A stretch of DNA of 53,200 nucleotides, counting the filler, from Sphacelaria rigidula (taxonomy: Eukaryota): NCBI GenBank assembly GCA_964200075.2. It is 4 parts of 4 records of this genome, joined end to end, with 100 filler letters (N's around TTAATTAATTAA, not from the genome) between each part and the next. Parts side by side here need not be neighbours in the genome. Positions count along the whole stretch, not along the records: positions 26,653 to 39,876 come from CAXNAA020003054.1; positions 39,977 to 53,200 come from CAXNAA020003055.1; 2 more parts are not named here. One strand, 5' to 3'. Positions 36,309-48,352 of this stretch are shown here, one piece after another. Made by a program: the position numbers and the translations under genes. The notes under the pieces were generated by a model. It had not been told where the DNA came from and did no database searches. It was given only the letters and a program-made list of their open reading frames with translations. Position 1 is the first letter of the stretch, and each line of letters starts with the position of its first letter.

Positions 36309-36900
36309 GTAAAGTGCTGCTTCTCGGGGGCTATTTACTCCCCGGGCGTAAATGATGGGGCATCCGTGATCTATCGAGTTGTCAACGTGAATGTCAGCGA
36401 CTTATCGTGTTGAAAATGGCCATACTTTACGAGAAGGACACCGGAACAGGGGTGGCTTCGAAAGTTGAATGTTGCAAGTTGCACGCCATCTGTGTGAGTC
36501 GGTGGCCTGATCCGCTTACTCGTGATATGGAGCAGCGTGTGGTCTGTCGACTTCAACAGGCACAGCTGCAAAATATTCGAAGAACTTGCTACCCTGGTCA
36601 TGAGCAGTTGTGTGCTGTATCCACATGCCACCCAGCCGTCTGAAGTTCAGAGCGTGTACTGTTGTCTCTACAGTGACTGCGGATGTTCTAGCTGGACCGT
36701 GCAACAGTTGGCACCCGAACTCTGTACGCCCTGTGTCGTTGATGCCTACCGGGATTCGTCTATCCCACGGGCCGTTCCACAATAGCACAGTACTAGCAGG
36801 GCTGACGCTTCAGAAGGCAAACTGCAGTATAACCACTACAACCTGCTCGGTAATATCGACTGTTATCTCTTTCTTACCTCGTGCATGTACGTGCGGACAG

Positions 36901-39025
36901 CGAAGTGGATTGGGTACTGTACTGGTACGCCGACGGTACAGCACCGAACGCTTCTTCTCCAACGCAACCTAGCCCTGGGGGTTCTACCCTTGCTCCCTGC
37001 CCTGGCGCCAGCATGAGCGCTCAGAGTAGCTCCCCCGAGCCTACTGATAGCCGCGAATGTGGTACCAATGGCACCACCCTTACTTCCCAGGTTGACCCAG
37101 CGGCTGCTGTACGCGATGGCAGCGCGCGTCCAGAAATCGGAGGGCGGGATGGATGGGCCGATCGCGAGATCGCTGCCGGGAACAATGCCCGCAGCGGTGA
37201 CACCAACGGCGATAGTGGCGGCAGTGACAATAGTTGTAGTGGCGGCGGCAAGGGGGCTTTGAGTAGCAGGGAAAACGGGTGTCGAAGCAGGGATGGAGCA
37301 ACGCAACGGGGTGAGGAACGCGCGGGTAGCGATAATGGTGCCGATCGCTACCGGGACCGGCGGCGCTCTACTTCAAGGTCGCGAGACTCTTGGGAATCAC
37401 ACAGGGGCAGGGAGAGGGGGGGCAGGGCTGGCAGCTACGACCGGAACGGCAACCGCGGGGGCGGAGGGAATGTGGAAGGCTCTCGTGTTGGCGGGAGTAG
37501 ACGCGGGAGGCATGGTGTTGAAGGGTGCAATGAGGGTCGAGTGCGGGATGATTACCGGCGCGATGTGAGACCAGAGGATCGACGCAGACGCGAAAGACCA
37601 GATGGCCGCAGATATGCCGACTCAAGATATTCACGCCGTGACGATTCCAGGGAAACACAACGACGAGCAGGTAGTCAGAGTGACGAAGGGGCCGGAGGCG
37701 GTGGTGGCGGCGGTGGCGGCGATGGTGATACCAGCAGGCGACCGGGGGATCCCAGTTCTCGTACGAGGGATAGTGGCGATGATTATGGCAGCCAGCGGCC
37801 GGGCGGGCGTGATGCTTTTGGCCGTGACACTCGGAACGCCACGGATGGCGCCACCAGTCGAGGTGAAGAGTCTGGTAATTTGCATCCGTCGCCATCACGC
37901 CGCGACAGTCGTGATGGCAGCAGAGGCCGGGAAGGAACCCGCCACCGAAATTATTCAAGGTCTAGGTACAGCACGGATCGTGGGCGAGACGAATCGCAGG
38001 GCCGCGGGGGTAATGGTTCCCACCGCGGGGTGACCGGCGGCGATAGTCGAAACTGGAACTGGCCCCGAGATCACTCTGGACACCGGGCCGGGGACAGCAC
38101 CGGAAGACGTGATCGCGCTGGAGCCAGGAAGGGGGACTCCCGAGAACGTGCGGAGGAGGAGCGACGTTACCATGGTGACCGCGGGGATAGGAGAAGCGAA
38201 GATCATCGTAGCCGTGACAATCACGGAGACCGGTACGGGTACGATTATCGGAGCGGCAGGAGGGAAGGCGATCGCCGAGCACCCGGCGGACACAATGCAG
38301 ACCGTGGGGCAAGAAGCTGGGGCGGCGGGGGCGGCGAGCGGCGGAAAGATGAACCGACACACCGGAGTGATTTTACTAGTGGTGGCAACAAACGCGGAGA
38401 ACGAGATTCTAGAGAGCGGTCCGGTCGAGGTACGAAGAATACGAATCAGCGACCCAGAGGTACCGCTGCTACCGAAAAGCGCGACGATTCTAGCTCTTCG
38501 ACGTCCTCCGCCGCTGGCGCATTCCGCGATGGGGAGTGGGTGGGAGGCGGCGTACTCGGGGGCAGTGGCAAAGGGGTGTCCAACGACAGAGGCGATGGTA
38601 AGGACGAAAACGCAGACTTGAGCAAGCACTGTAATTGGCGTGGAGCTACGGCTGCTTCCGGGGCATCTTCGCTATCAGCAACGGCAGTTATGGGCTTCGT
38701 GTCCTCACGGAGCCCAGTCGCAGCAACGACGAAGCCGGCAGCGGCAGCAGTGGCGGCGAGTGGTGATGCTCCAAGACGCCCACGATGGGACAAAAAAGCC
38801 GCGCCTGGGGTGACGGTACCAAGATCGGCTACTGGTGGTTCATCGACAAAGCCGGATGCGGCTGTGCCAGGGAAGAAGCTAGTGTGGGGTGGAGGCGCGA
38901 CTGGAGCCGCCGGGGAAGGGATTGGCAAGAAGCGGGCACTGTGGGGAGCGGTTGCGGGAGACAAAGTGGCGGCTGGTACTGGTGCACCGCACAAACATTC
39001 TGCTGCTTCCGGAGGCGAGACGCCG
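36901..39025 (+). CDS. Large exon of an Arg/Ser/Gly/Asp-rich low-complexity protein (possibly RSRC2/SMAP-like nuclear protein)
   Basis: ~2.1-kb open frame with RS/RD/RGG dipeptides and KKLVWG/KKRALWG motifs. CAG acceptor near 36900 and CCG|GTGGGT donor. Confidence 0.75.
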
Positions 39026-39876
39026 GTGGGTTGTTTTGGCCCACGTTATTCCCTTTCTCGTTGGTCGTATGATTGATTGATTTATTTATTCGAACCTTTC
39101 GTCCAGGGAACAGGCATTTCTCTTGCTTGAGTCGAGTCAAGGTTAGTACTTCCCCTTTGAACGTGCGCATGTGAACCGCACTGGGTTGGTACGCCACAGT
39201 ACAGGACGCTTTTTAGCCTCACGTCCGAAATCGTTGTGATGCAGCGTTTTTTTCCGCGGCAACGGCCATGTGTCCCTTGCCTTTGCTGGTAGGATACGAG
39301 GAAAGGATCGAGCTATAGCACAAGTCACGCAGCACGGTGGTTACACCCAAACTGTGCTAGATGATACCGAACCCGCCGCACCTTGTGTCCTGCTCTACAG
39401 CTGCAACGCGCAACGCAACCTCGTACTCAGATATTCTGGTCTCAATATTGGACGGGACGCGTAAATAGTGTTTGCTGCTTTTTATTCTCCCGCCCTCTCC
39501 AGAACAATGTTGAAGGTGTCTCTGTATCAGGAGTAAAAACGGTAGAGCTCGGAAGTGGTACCAATTATAACTGGCCATCATCATTATAATGGTAATGGTG
39601 GTATGAAATTTTTGGATGATGTTTTCAAATAATGAATTACCGTTACCGACTTTGGAAGCCGTTACCAGCTACGTATGCTTCATACAGCCCTTGAAAATTG
39701 GCCCAAGTTTGACGTATTTTTTAGCTCTCGTGAAGCCAAATCGTGTATAAACGTGCCTCCGGCACGGCGCACCCTCTGCCGGGGGAGATTTTTTACTCTT
39801 TTTGGCTCGCGGCTGCGTCTCTCGATGACCAAACCATCAAGTACCATTTAACTGGTTAATGAGTGCGCTACGCGTA

Positions 39877-39976
39877 NNNNNNNNNNNNNNNNNNNNNNNN
39901 NNNNNNNNNNNNNNNNNNNNTTAATTAATTAANNNNNNNNNNNNNNNNNNNNNNNNNNNNNNNNNNNNNNNNNNNN
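39877..39976. other. Artificial contig linker
   Basis: Same N44-TTAATTAATTAA-N44 structure. Confidence 0.97.
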
Positions 39977-40348
39977 GGGGAGGGGCCGGCGGGGGGGGGG
40001 TGGGGGGGGGGGGGGGGGGGGGGGGGGGGGTATTGTAGGAAGACTCCGATGCTCGGTCGGAACAGCTTGTACGATCGAACAGCAGTGTATGCGTAGCTTC
40101 GGAAAGATCGGGATAACGGGCAGCTTCTGAGACAGCTAATTCAACAAAAGTGGTGTCGTGTAAACTAGATAATCTTTTCATGATGTTGCTGTCGGCTGGG
40201 TACATTATAACTGTCCACACCTCCTAGGGGAGTAGATACTGCGAATACCGATGACCATTTCATATACAAAAGTGAACCATCCGTGGTACAGAGCGCATGC
40301 GCCGACCATTCACTTCCCGACCCCGTTTCCGGCAAACGCGATACACAG

Positions 40349-40455
40349 GCGGCCGTTTGGACGCAGCCACTTCGGCTCGATACTTCGCCAATATCCTGGC
40401 TGGACTGGAATACTTGCACATCAATTCAATTTCACATCGGGACCTAAAGCCAGAG
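40349..40455 (+). CDS. CaMKK/LKB1-family Ser/Thr kinase exon (ARYFANILAGLEYLHINSISHRDLKPE)
   Basis: Catalytic loop HRDLKPE; CAG acceptor and GT donor. Confidence 0.92.
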
Positions 40456-41106
40456 GTTTGCTTTATCAGCGGCAGCTCGCTGCTGTATTGTTGCTGATGT
40501 CGACCTTTGCTATCGTGTGGCTTGATTTTTCAACTTCTCGTGGCCTGTCTCCGAGAAACTACAATAGTATTCGGCGATCAACGCTGCGAAGGCTACACAA
40601 CCTGGACATTAGATTACATTGTCAAAACATTTCCCACGTACAGTATGGAATCTAATGAAATATACGCAATAGTCGATACTGTACTCAGTACACTTCTTGA
40701 CAATGTATTCCGTTGTCCAGGGTGTGGAAGGCTATCATTTTAGATTTCCAAACGGTGGGAGGGGACGCTAGAAGTGGGGGTGTACTGGCGTGGGTTCCAC
40801 CTTAGATAGTAGCTTACAATTTTGCGATGAGAAACTGGTATAGACGACGAGCATCGTTGCACTATCACGACAACTGGGCATCGGTATTAAACAACAAAGG
40901 GCCCGGCACCACGGTCGGAGGACCGAGAGTCGACCGGCGGATAAACACACATATGCACACACACACATATATATACACTGCCAGTATGTACTACACTATA
41001 CCGTATAGCACACCAGACGAGACGCTAGACGCCGACATGCTCTGTCTAAAGATTTATCGCCCATTCTCATACTTTACTCTCCGCTGTGAACCATTTTCTT
41101 TACCAG

Positions 41107-41216
41107 AACGTACTCATAGGAGAGGACGATCAAGCTAAAATTGCCGACTTCGGCGTATCGCAGTACTTCATGGACGATGAGAGGCTAGCACCGATGTCCC
41201 CCCGCTCTTTGGCAAG
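41107..41216 (+). CDS. Kinase exon (NVLIGEDDQAKIADFGVSQYF...)
   Basis: DFG motif; KIADFGVS is typical of CaMKKs. Confidence 0.92.
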
Positions 41217-41605
41217 GTGATGATAGTATACGTCATCCGTGCCTTTTTTTGTGGTTTCAAAATAAGGCATGGCCTAACTCCCCTTATTACGAGGCCGTTC
41301 ATGAAGCGGTTAGTTGAACAGATGTAATTCGCTGTACGGATATCGGTATCGGTGACTCAAGCATCCGCGCTGTACTATGTAGTCCCCTGTTGACCCATCA
41401 GCAGTCGCGCGTAAGGTCGCACAAAATAATTTGTTCCCCTCGAGGTTACCCCGACAGTTCTGATGCTCTCAGACGTTCATCGAGGCTGTTTTGATTCTTG
41501 TTATCCACGAAGACGTACACACTGCATCGCCCAAAAAACTACGCTGAGCAGCATGGCGTCTTATTTGCTACGCTCCAACCATCGCATCGTGTAAAACCAA
41601 CGTAG

Positions 41606-41785
41606 ATCGACCTCGCGCGCTCAGATCAGTAACACCGAGGGCACGTGGTGCTTCTGGGCGCCGGAAATGTGCCGGCAGGTGTCCAACGGCGCCAGATCTT
41701 CGGCGTTCAACGCCTACGCCACTGACGCTTGGGCTGCTGGCATCACTTTGTGGTGCTTTCTGTACGGCACCGTCCCTTTCGTAAG
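41606..41785 (+). CDS. Kinase exon (TEGTWCFWAPEMC...DAWAAGITLWCFLYGTVPF)
   Basis: APE and subdomain IX motifs. The AG|GTAGG donor gives the correct phase for the next exon. Confidence 0.9.
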
Positions 41786-42470
41786 GTAGGGGCGGAACGC
41801 GTGGGTGAAACATGGGGGTGCTTAATTGAACGAGGCTCTGCACGACACTATTGTCGGCGAGGAAGGCCTCGAGATTTTGACTTATGTAAACACAGCACAG
41901 CATTGCATCATACCAAGAGACTAACATGCACAGCCACAAGGTTTATTGCCTGGACACCGTCGCCCGAATAAGTGAGACTTAGGAGGATACATAAGTGAGA
42001 CTTAGGAGGAACTTGCTCGCTTCGCTACACGAGTCGGGCGTTCCCCTGTTGTGGTGTTTCTTTTCATATATAACCATCAGTATACGTGTACGCTCGACTT
42101 TCCACTCCCCATCCAAGGGCACACGCACCGTGGGGACTTCGCGACTCCATTTCAATCGCTAGGGTTATCTTCGCTTGTTATCGTGGTAGGATGTTCATCG
42201 GATTTCTTTTTTCATGCGGTATGTATATCTCAGGCTTTCAGTGGGGGACGTGACACACCCTTTTCCGGTAACATTACTCCATCGACGTTCAATTTAAACC
42301 AAGCGTCGCTTCAACTCTCTTCAAAGCGCGACTCTGGTGCTGGCTATCCACTTCGCCATATTGCACAGCAGTAGCTTGTAGCTGCCGCGTCACCTGCGTC
42401 ACCTTCAAATAGGAGCTTCGTGTCAACCGTATCACACTAGCCTAATTTTCATGTGTGTTTTCTTCTACAG

Positions 42471-42531
42471 GACGAGCCCAATGGATCTTTTTGACGCAAT
42501 CGCGAATGAGAGAGCACCTGTCCCGGATGAG
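42471..42531 (+). CDS. Kinase exon (TSPMDLFDAIANERAPVPDE)
   Basis: TTCTACAG acceptor and GAG|GTTAGT donor; subdomain X. Confidence 0.85.
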
Positions 42532-43084
42532 GTTAGTCATACACTCAGCGAAGCTGGTCCTGTTGGCATAAGAAACGTTCGCGGTTTGCTCGATACTTGT
42601 GCAGCGGTAGCTGGGACACACGAAGTGGTAGTCACGACCATGTCGGTAACATCACCACCAAACGACCATGGGTGGGTCGTCGCTGTCTGCAGATGCACAT
42701 CGTGCCACGAAGGAAGCTAAGTGGGCATTAAACTTTGCTTCTTTTTTGCAACTTGCTTGTCGAGCGAGAAAGGTTATATCACTTCTGTGCAGGAGGGTAA
42801 AGCTACATGTCCGAAGCGAGCGCCGCATGGTATAAGCGATGTGGTTGGTCAAAAGGGTATGCGGTAAGCGGTCCTGCGCGTTGCGCAAACCAGCACCAAC
42901 ATTACCTTTAGTGGTTGTCGCTATGGCAGACGGTCTGCGCACAACACCTCGCGTTTCGCTTCTTCCACCCTTTATTTGTGCGCACGCTTTCGCTGCAAGT
43001 ACTGCTTACGCACCAACTCTTCAGCCACTATGCTGCATACACATGTCGAATGTTTTTGTTGTGCACACTGTAATTTTACACCAA

Positions 43085-43560
43085 GTCTTGCAAGCCCCTC
43101 TCCCCGTCCCCCTTCCGCTCGCACAACACATTGCATTTCGCTTGTTTATCAGCTCAAAGCCCGCTGCACTACTGTATCCTTTTCTCGTGTGCGCACTTGT
43201 GCCGGATATACCGCTCGAACATATATATCTTACTCAACAGTTTGGATCGTACATATGTGTACCGTCTCTGTACTGCTCAAACACCAAGTCCTGAGTCGAT
43301 ATTTCGGAAACGCATGTCGCCTACTTTTGTCGTGCACACAACATTTGAAATCAACTGTCGCAAGCCCCTTTCCCCCCACCCTTCCGCGCGCACAACACGT
43401 CGCACTCCGCTTGTTAATCAGCTCAAGAGGCCCAGCTGCAAAATTATTTTCTCGTGTGCGCACCTGTACTGGACGCATTTTTGGTTGTGCACACAGCATT
43501 CAAAACAAATATTCGGAAACCCTTCTCCCTCTCCCCCGCCCGCGCGCTCGCCACCACAAC
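43085..43560. repeat. Intronic imperfect tandem duplication (~270-bp period)
   Basis: CAAGCCCCT..GCACAACAC..ATCAGCTCAA..TTTTCTCGTGTGCGCAC at 43091 and 43361; partial third copy near 43520. Confidence 0.7.
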
Positions 43561-43628
43561 AACGGCGATATCCAACCCGGCGACGTCACACACCATCGCC
43601 TGTACGCCAACTGCTGCTTTCGGTAAAG

Positions 43629-44066
43629 GCCGATGATGAGCTGAGAGATCTTCTTCTGCGCATCCTGGACAAGAGCCCTGACGTGCGACTCGTCGTCTCG
43701 GATGCGTGTGCCCACAGCTGGGTGCAATCAAACGTTCTTCCTTCCCTCCCACCGGGTGTGACTTCCTGCAGAACTTCTCCCGGGGGTGTGGTAGACGCCG
43801 CACGACAAGCGCCCCATGCTCGAATGCACACGACCGCTGCATCTCGTGAGAGAGGAAGTGGCGGCGGTGGCGGCGGTGGTGGCGGTGGCGGTGGCGGCGG
43901 TGGTGGTGATATTGGTGATGTTAGTGATGGTGATGTTGATGGTGAAGGCAATGGCGATCGCGGTGATGTTGGTGCTGAGGTCGACGACGCACTCACGACA
44001 GTTGTTTGTGTCACCGATAAAGATCTCAGGTCGGCTGTCACGGAGGCACCCAGTTCCGTTCTCGTG
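43629..44066 (+). CDS. Kinase exon (subdomain XI LRDLLLRILDKSPDVR..HSWV, poly-Gly linker, VCVTDKDLRSAVT)
   Basis: Subdomain XI motif; VxVTxxxLxxAV resembles the CaMKK post-catalytic segment; GTG|GTACG donor. Confidence 0.85.
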
Positions 44067-44327
44067 GTACGCTTCTCATGAACACTGTAGGGAGAGGAGT
44101 TATCAGATTCCTATCGTCTTGCTTCCTGCCATTGTTGTTGATAGTCGTGGTGCTGACATGGACAGGTTTATCTCGGGCATGTCGAGCACGCACTCGCCTG
44201 TTCTCTTTAGCTTTAAGAGAGGTGCCGCATCGCGATGTACGTGTGATACGGTATGCCAAGATCACCCTGAAGATCGAGCCATACCTTCTGTCCCCTGAAA
44301 TAACCTTTGATGCTTATGATGACACAG

Positions 44328-44555
44328 ACCAGGATTGGGAATAGAGTGCGCGGCAAGCTTCAGTCAATCCGGCTTTCCAACGCGCGAGGAGCGCAGCAGT
44401 CGGCGACGGCTGCAGCGGCGGCGACTTCGTTGTCTCGAGAAGCCGGAAGCGATGGTTTGGTTGAACATACTGGACATCCTTCCCTTGTGGAAAATGGTAG
44501 TATACCAGCTGATCGAAGGCGTAGAACGTCAGCATTTGCTTGCATGACAAGCTGA
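44328..44555 (+). CDS. Kinase terminal exon ending RRRRTSAFACMTS*
   Basis: CAG acceptor in phase 0; basic amphipathic helix followed by a CaaX-like end. Confidence 0.6.
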   Translation, partial: TRIGNRVRGKLQSIRLSNARGAQQSATAAAAATSLSREAGSDGLVEHTGHPSLVENGSIPADRRRRTSAFACMTS

Positions 44556-45496
44556 GGGAAGTTTTAGCTGGAACGGTTGTTGCTTCACACTGGGTTCATA
44601 TTCTGTTGTTTTCGCTATCAGGCTGTCGTGCTGTGTTTCAAAGCAGGTATGGAGGGGAAAGAGAGAAGCGTGAACTTTCGCCACGCTTCGCGCCACGTGT
44701 CGCTGTAGTAGTTTCATCATTCGGTCGGAGTCGATCGGTTTAACTCCGCGTCACGCAACGGCTTGTCTTGCCGTCTCAGCCCGCGGAAGCCGCTGGTTCT
44801 AGTAGACTTCGGGGAATTTTCCGGGATTGCGAATTGTTTGGCATGACTCCAGAGCTGTCAAACGCCGGCAGAGCTTTCCGCCAACCGAGTCTCCTGATAC
44901 CAAACTCGACTGGAGGTCGACATAAGGACAAAACTTGATTCAATATCATGGGTTGGATCGTGTGGTCAGAAGGCTGTGTTCGTAGCGGAGCAAGAATTAA
45001 TCATCAACATATATAGAACGAGTACTTCTCTGTCGCTATCGCTCATACACCGCAATACAGTTCGCACTGTAGGCTTGCCACTCCAGTCAAAACTACTACC
45101 GCGCACCTCTAGGATTGCCTTGATAGAAGTACACGCAATCCGACCACACACTCAAACTGCTCTGACCCTGCCACATGATGGGAGCGGACGCATAGCTCTG
45201 CTTGCACTGTGCACCCTACCCTCCCCTCCACCTTACCCCGGACCCGGACGACCCAACAAAAACGAATCACGCGATCACTCGTAACACGGAAGAGCGTGAA
45301 ACCTCCCACACCAACCAATATTTGCACAGAAACACGTAAACGCATTTTACAGCCTCTCGAGGAAAAATACCGCCCCGCTGTTACAATCAATCGGTCGCGC
45401 GTACTGACATCACCGGACTAACGTTCCTCATTTCCGTCTATCTCACAGCCCAAGAATCAATCAATCGCTCCATTTTTCTCCTGGACAACTGGTCCG

Positions 45497-45854
45497 TCAT
45501 CGTCGACTGGCAGGAGATACTTCTCTCGCGACGATCCGTCGCGTTCCCGACCGCCCCTTCCCCGTCTGTATTTTGGGAGACTTGAGTCGCCCCGCGGCGG
45601 GAGAAAGGGGTCCCCTCCCCTTTCGTTTGCCCGCCCCCGCTCGAGTACCAGCACCAGCTCGTCCACCCATTCGCATGCGATCGGTACGTATTCCCCCCAT
45701 TCCAGTGACACCGAAAGTGGAGACAGGGGAAAACGGTTTGTCTCTGAGGCCTTCCAGTGGGCTCGGGAGTGCGGCCAGGCAGGCTTCTAGAGGTCGGTCG
45801 CTCGGGATAACCAGGGCGCGGCGAAGCGCGGCTTGCGAAATCACCATGCCGGCC
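45497..45854 (-). CDS. Same protein, terminal exon (AGMVISQAALRRALVIPSDRPLEACLAALPSP...*)
   Basis: CCCCAG acceptor in phase 2; ordered-looking segment followed by a basic tail and TGA. Confidence 0.68.
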
Positions 45855-45949
45855 CTGGGGTAAGTCGTGCGTGTTTCGTAGGTGTACGTTGCGAGCAGGG
45901 GAGGGCGGTGTTATGATTATTTGAATATCAAGCATGTACACGTACGAAT

Positions 45950-46260
45950 CGCCGCCCTCCGGTGGTCAAAGTGGAAGAGGTAAATCGGTTGTCGGTCTGG
46001 AAGGAAGGTAAATGATTCGAATCCCGACAGATGAAGCGTTTTCCAGGACACTGTTGGTTTTCGCCTTTCAAGAAGAGTTGGGGCCACGAGAAGCAAATGA
46101 AATTTGACGAGAGTTGACTCGATGCGGGAGTGCTGATAGTCTTTGATCCAATCCGCGACACACTTGAATGTGAGAGGCATGTACCGAAGGAGAGATAGGT
46201 TGATCTCTTGAGACTACGGACTCGCCCTGAGGAAGGGAGAGAGGGTTGAAAGTACTCAAG
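45950..46260 (+). mobile_element. SINE family A copy
   Basis: Degenerate tRNA head (GGTGGTCAAAGTGG, GATTCGAATCCC) plus the body shared with 15320-15427. Confidence 0.65.
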
Positions 46261-46739
46261 AAGGACCCAGCGTGTTTTCTTCGTACACGTTACGCACGAG
46301 GGGAGATATGTATATAGTGGAGTACAATGCTGTGCGTATGCTTCTTTTTTGGTTGTTGCTCGCCTGAATTTTTGGGCGGTAGGACGTCACACGTGTGTCG
46401 GATACATTAGTTGAGAAATCGCGCTCGGACAAAAAAACTCACGGCTCGAGGCCGACGTTGTACGGGAAGAACCGCGAAACCATACGCCTACTTTACTCCC
46501 TGCTATAGCATATGGACCTCCCGAAGTCGTTGCCCGAGTTACTCTCGTGAAACCTGAGTCCTAGTTGTTTATCTGGGACTGGGTTCTATGCCTCGACGTA
46601 CAGTTTCCAGCGTAGCTGCGTGTGCCACGCGATTTCGTTTTTGCATGAACATTTAAACGGCATCACCAACGTTGTTAAAGGGATCTTGAACCCCTTGCAC
46701 CCACTCTCCCCCCTCCTCTAAAACGTTTGGTCCATCTCG

Positions 46740-46800
46740 AAAGGGATGCGTGGTCAACGGTCAAACGTTAAGGCAAGCAACAAATGACACCCCCCCACAT
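46740..46800 (+). repeat. Short dispersed repeat shared with 55-110
   Basis: AAAGGGATGCGTGGTCAA..GTCAAA...TAAGGCAAGCAACAAATGA at both sites. Confidence 0.75.
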
Positions 46801-47109
46801 CCCCTCCTCTCAAACGAAAACAGACAGCACAAGTGAGTTGGTTAAAGTCGGGGGCGAGCGACATCGTGCGATCGAAAGGCGCAAAAAGCTTGAAACAACC
46901 TCGGTGTTCACCAAACGGGTGGCTTAAAGAGCGTACCTACCACAGGCGAGATGTGGCCCACGAGTCCAGCCTGCCACACTCAGTTCCCGTGACTTTCTCT
47001 CCGCTAGACGCCTCTGAGGTGGCAAGATTCCTGTGAAAAACCATGATCAAATGGATGGCACTTGCACTCTAACGGGACTAGGTTGCTTCAGTGGTCCAGT
47101 TCAACTCAC

Positions 47110-47174
47110 CTCGCAAGAGCCGCCGACGCGTGCTCACATTCCTCCATTTGTTCTAAGCCCAGCAGGCTCACACC
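47110..47174 (-). CDS. Same protein, 65-bp exon (GVSLLGLEQMEECEHASAALA)
   Basis: ATAG acceptor and GAG|GTGAGT donor; phase fits both neighbours. Confidence 0.65.
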
Positions 47175-47334
47175 CTATATCGGCGACAAACAACACGAAC
47201 GTCGCAAGATGATCAGGGGGAGAGTTCGCACCTTCTTGGTTCCCCCGACCACAAGCCTACGCCGGGCTATATCCTCAGACTTCGAGCTTGTAATATGTTT
47301 TCTTCAGAGTGTCTTATTTTCGTCATATTATTGA

Positions 47335-47600
47335 CCACTCCCCTTCCTCGGGAAGGGTCCGTCGTCCCAAGGGATCTGCCCCTCTCTCCCCCGATACATG
47401 CCTGGCATTTCGATGTCGCGGGTGGGATCAGCACTCCAGCACCGCGTGGATGTTCGCCAAATTTCTGTGTCATTCATATCTTCACGTTTCCATACACGGA
47501 AATCAGGCACTCCTGAGAAAAAGATCATATGGAAATGTATCTCAGGGAATCGGACCTTCTGCTCCGACCGAAGATGCACCAGTTAGACTGCAAAGACGTA
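47335..47600 (-). mobile_element. SINE family A copy (inverted)
   Basis: CCCTTCCTCGGGA..CCCAAGGGATC..GGATCAGCACTCC.GCACCGCG is the reverse complement of the family body. Confidence 0.6.
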
Positions 47601-47699
47601 GAGTTGTGTGAGTGTAGACCTTAGCTCCGTTCACTTTGATCGGCAGGGCGACACATATCATATCAGAACCGCTCGTTTTGATGAAGATCAAGATATCGA

Positions 47700-48087
47700 T
47701 ATTTCCAATATATATTTCTTGTGTGTTCGCACGACGTTTTTTCTTGGAGCCATGCTATAGGAGCTGGCCGAGTTTGTCTATTTTATCATTTTCGTTTGCA
47801 TCGAGACTGGTCTCCGTTGCTGTCCTGTCCTGTCCTGTCCCGTCCCGTCCTATCCTTCCCCTTTGTTCTTTTTTCCTCCGTTCCCTTCTTTTTTGCCGTT
47901 ATGTTTTTTATTCGTCTCTCGTGTTTGTTTAGATTTCCCGTTCGCTCTATCTTTTTCCCCTCTTTCCCCTTTGTCGAGGTCTCTTGGGCGAGGTCCCGTT
48001 CTGCTTATCTTACATATCTATCTCGTGAGCACGGCTGAATCCCTCGGAAATCACTTGAAGTGCGACAAGCAATGAACCAATCAATCA
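47700..48087 (+). mobile_element. Retroelement 3' end with (AATC)n tail
   Basis: T-rich body, then CACGGCTGAATCC..GAAGTGCGACAAGCAATGAACCAATCAATCA. Confidence 0.55.
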
Positions 48088-48352
48088 GATGATCTCGTTC
48101 GTATCTCCCGAAATAACAGCACAAGGATTGGGCATAGTATCGCACCGGACGTCTACACTATACGCGTGCAATAAACCTGGAACCATGAGGCGAGGTGGAA
48201 AGGTGGGGGGGATACCTGTTCTCGCCGTCCTTGCGCCCTTTGAAATTATACGCACTCGAACACGACGCCATCTAGGAAGTGCGGCTCAGTAGCCAACCCC
48301 CCGGTGCGCACATCCGCTGGCTACGTATTTAGCATCTGAGACTCCATCTCAC

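Noticed and set aside
39977..40030. Poly-G tract encoding poly-Pro, or a G-quadruplex
   Set aside because: A homopolymer at a contig edge; length unreliable.
41968..42010. 20-bp direct repeat ATAAGTGAGACTTAGGAGGA x2
   Set aside because: A simple local intronic duplication with no element between the copies.
43131..43628. N-terminal part of the 316-aa ORF as coding
   Set aside because: It overlaps an intronic tandem duplication; kinase homology begins only at the acceptor at 43628.
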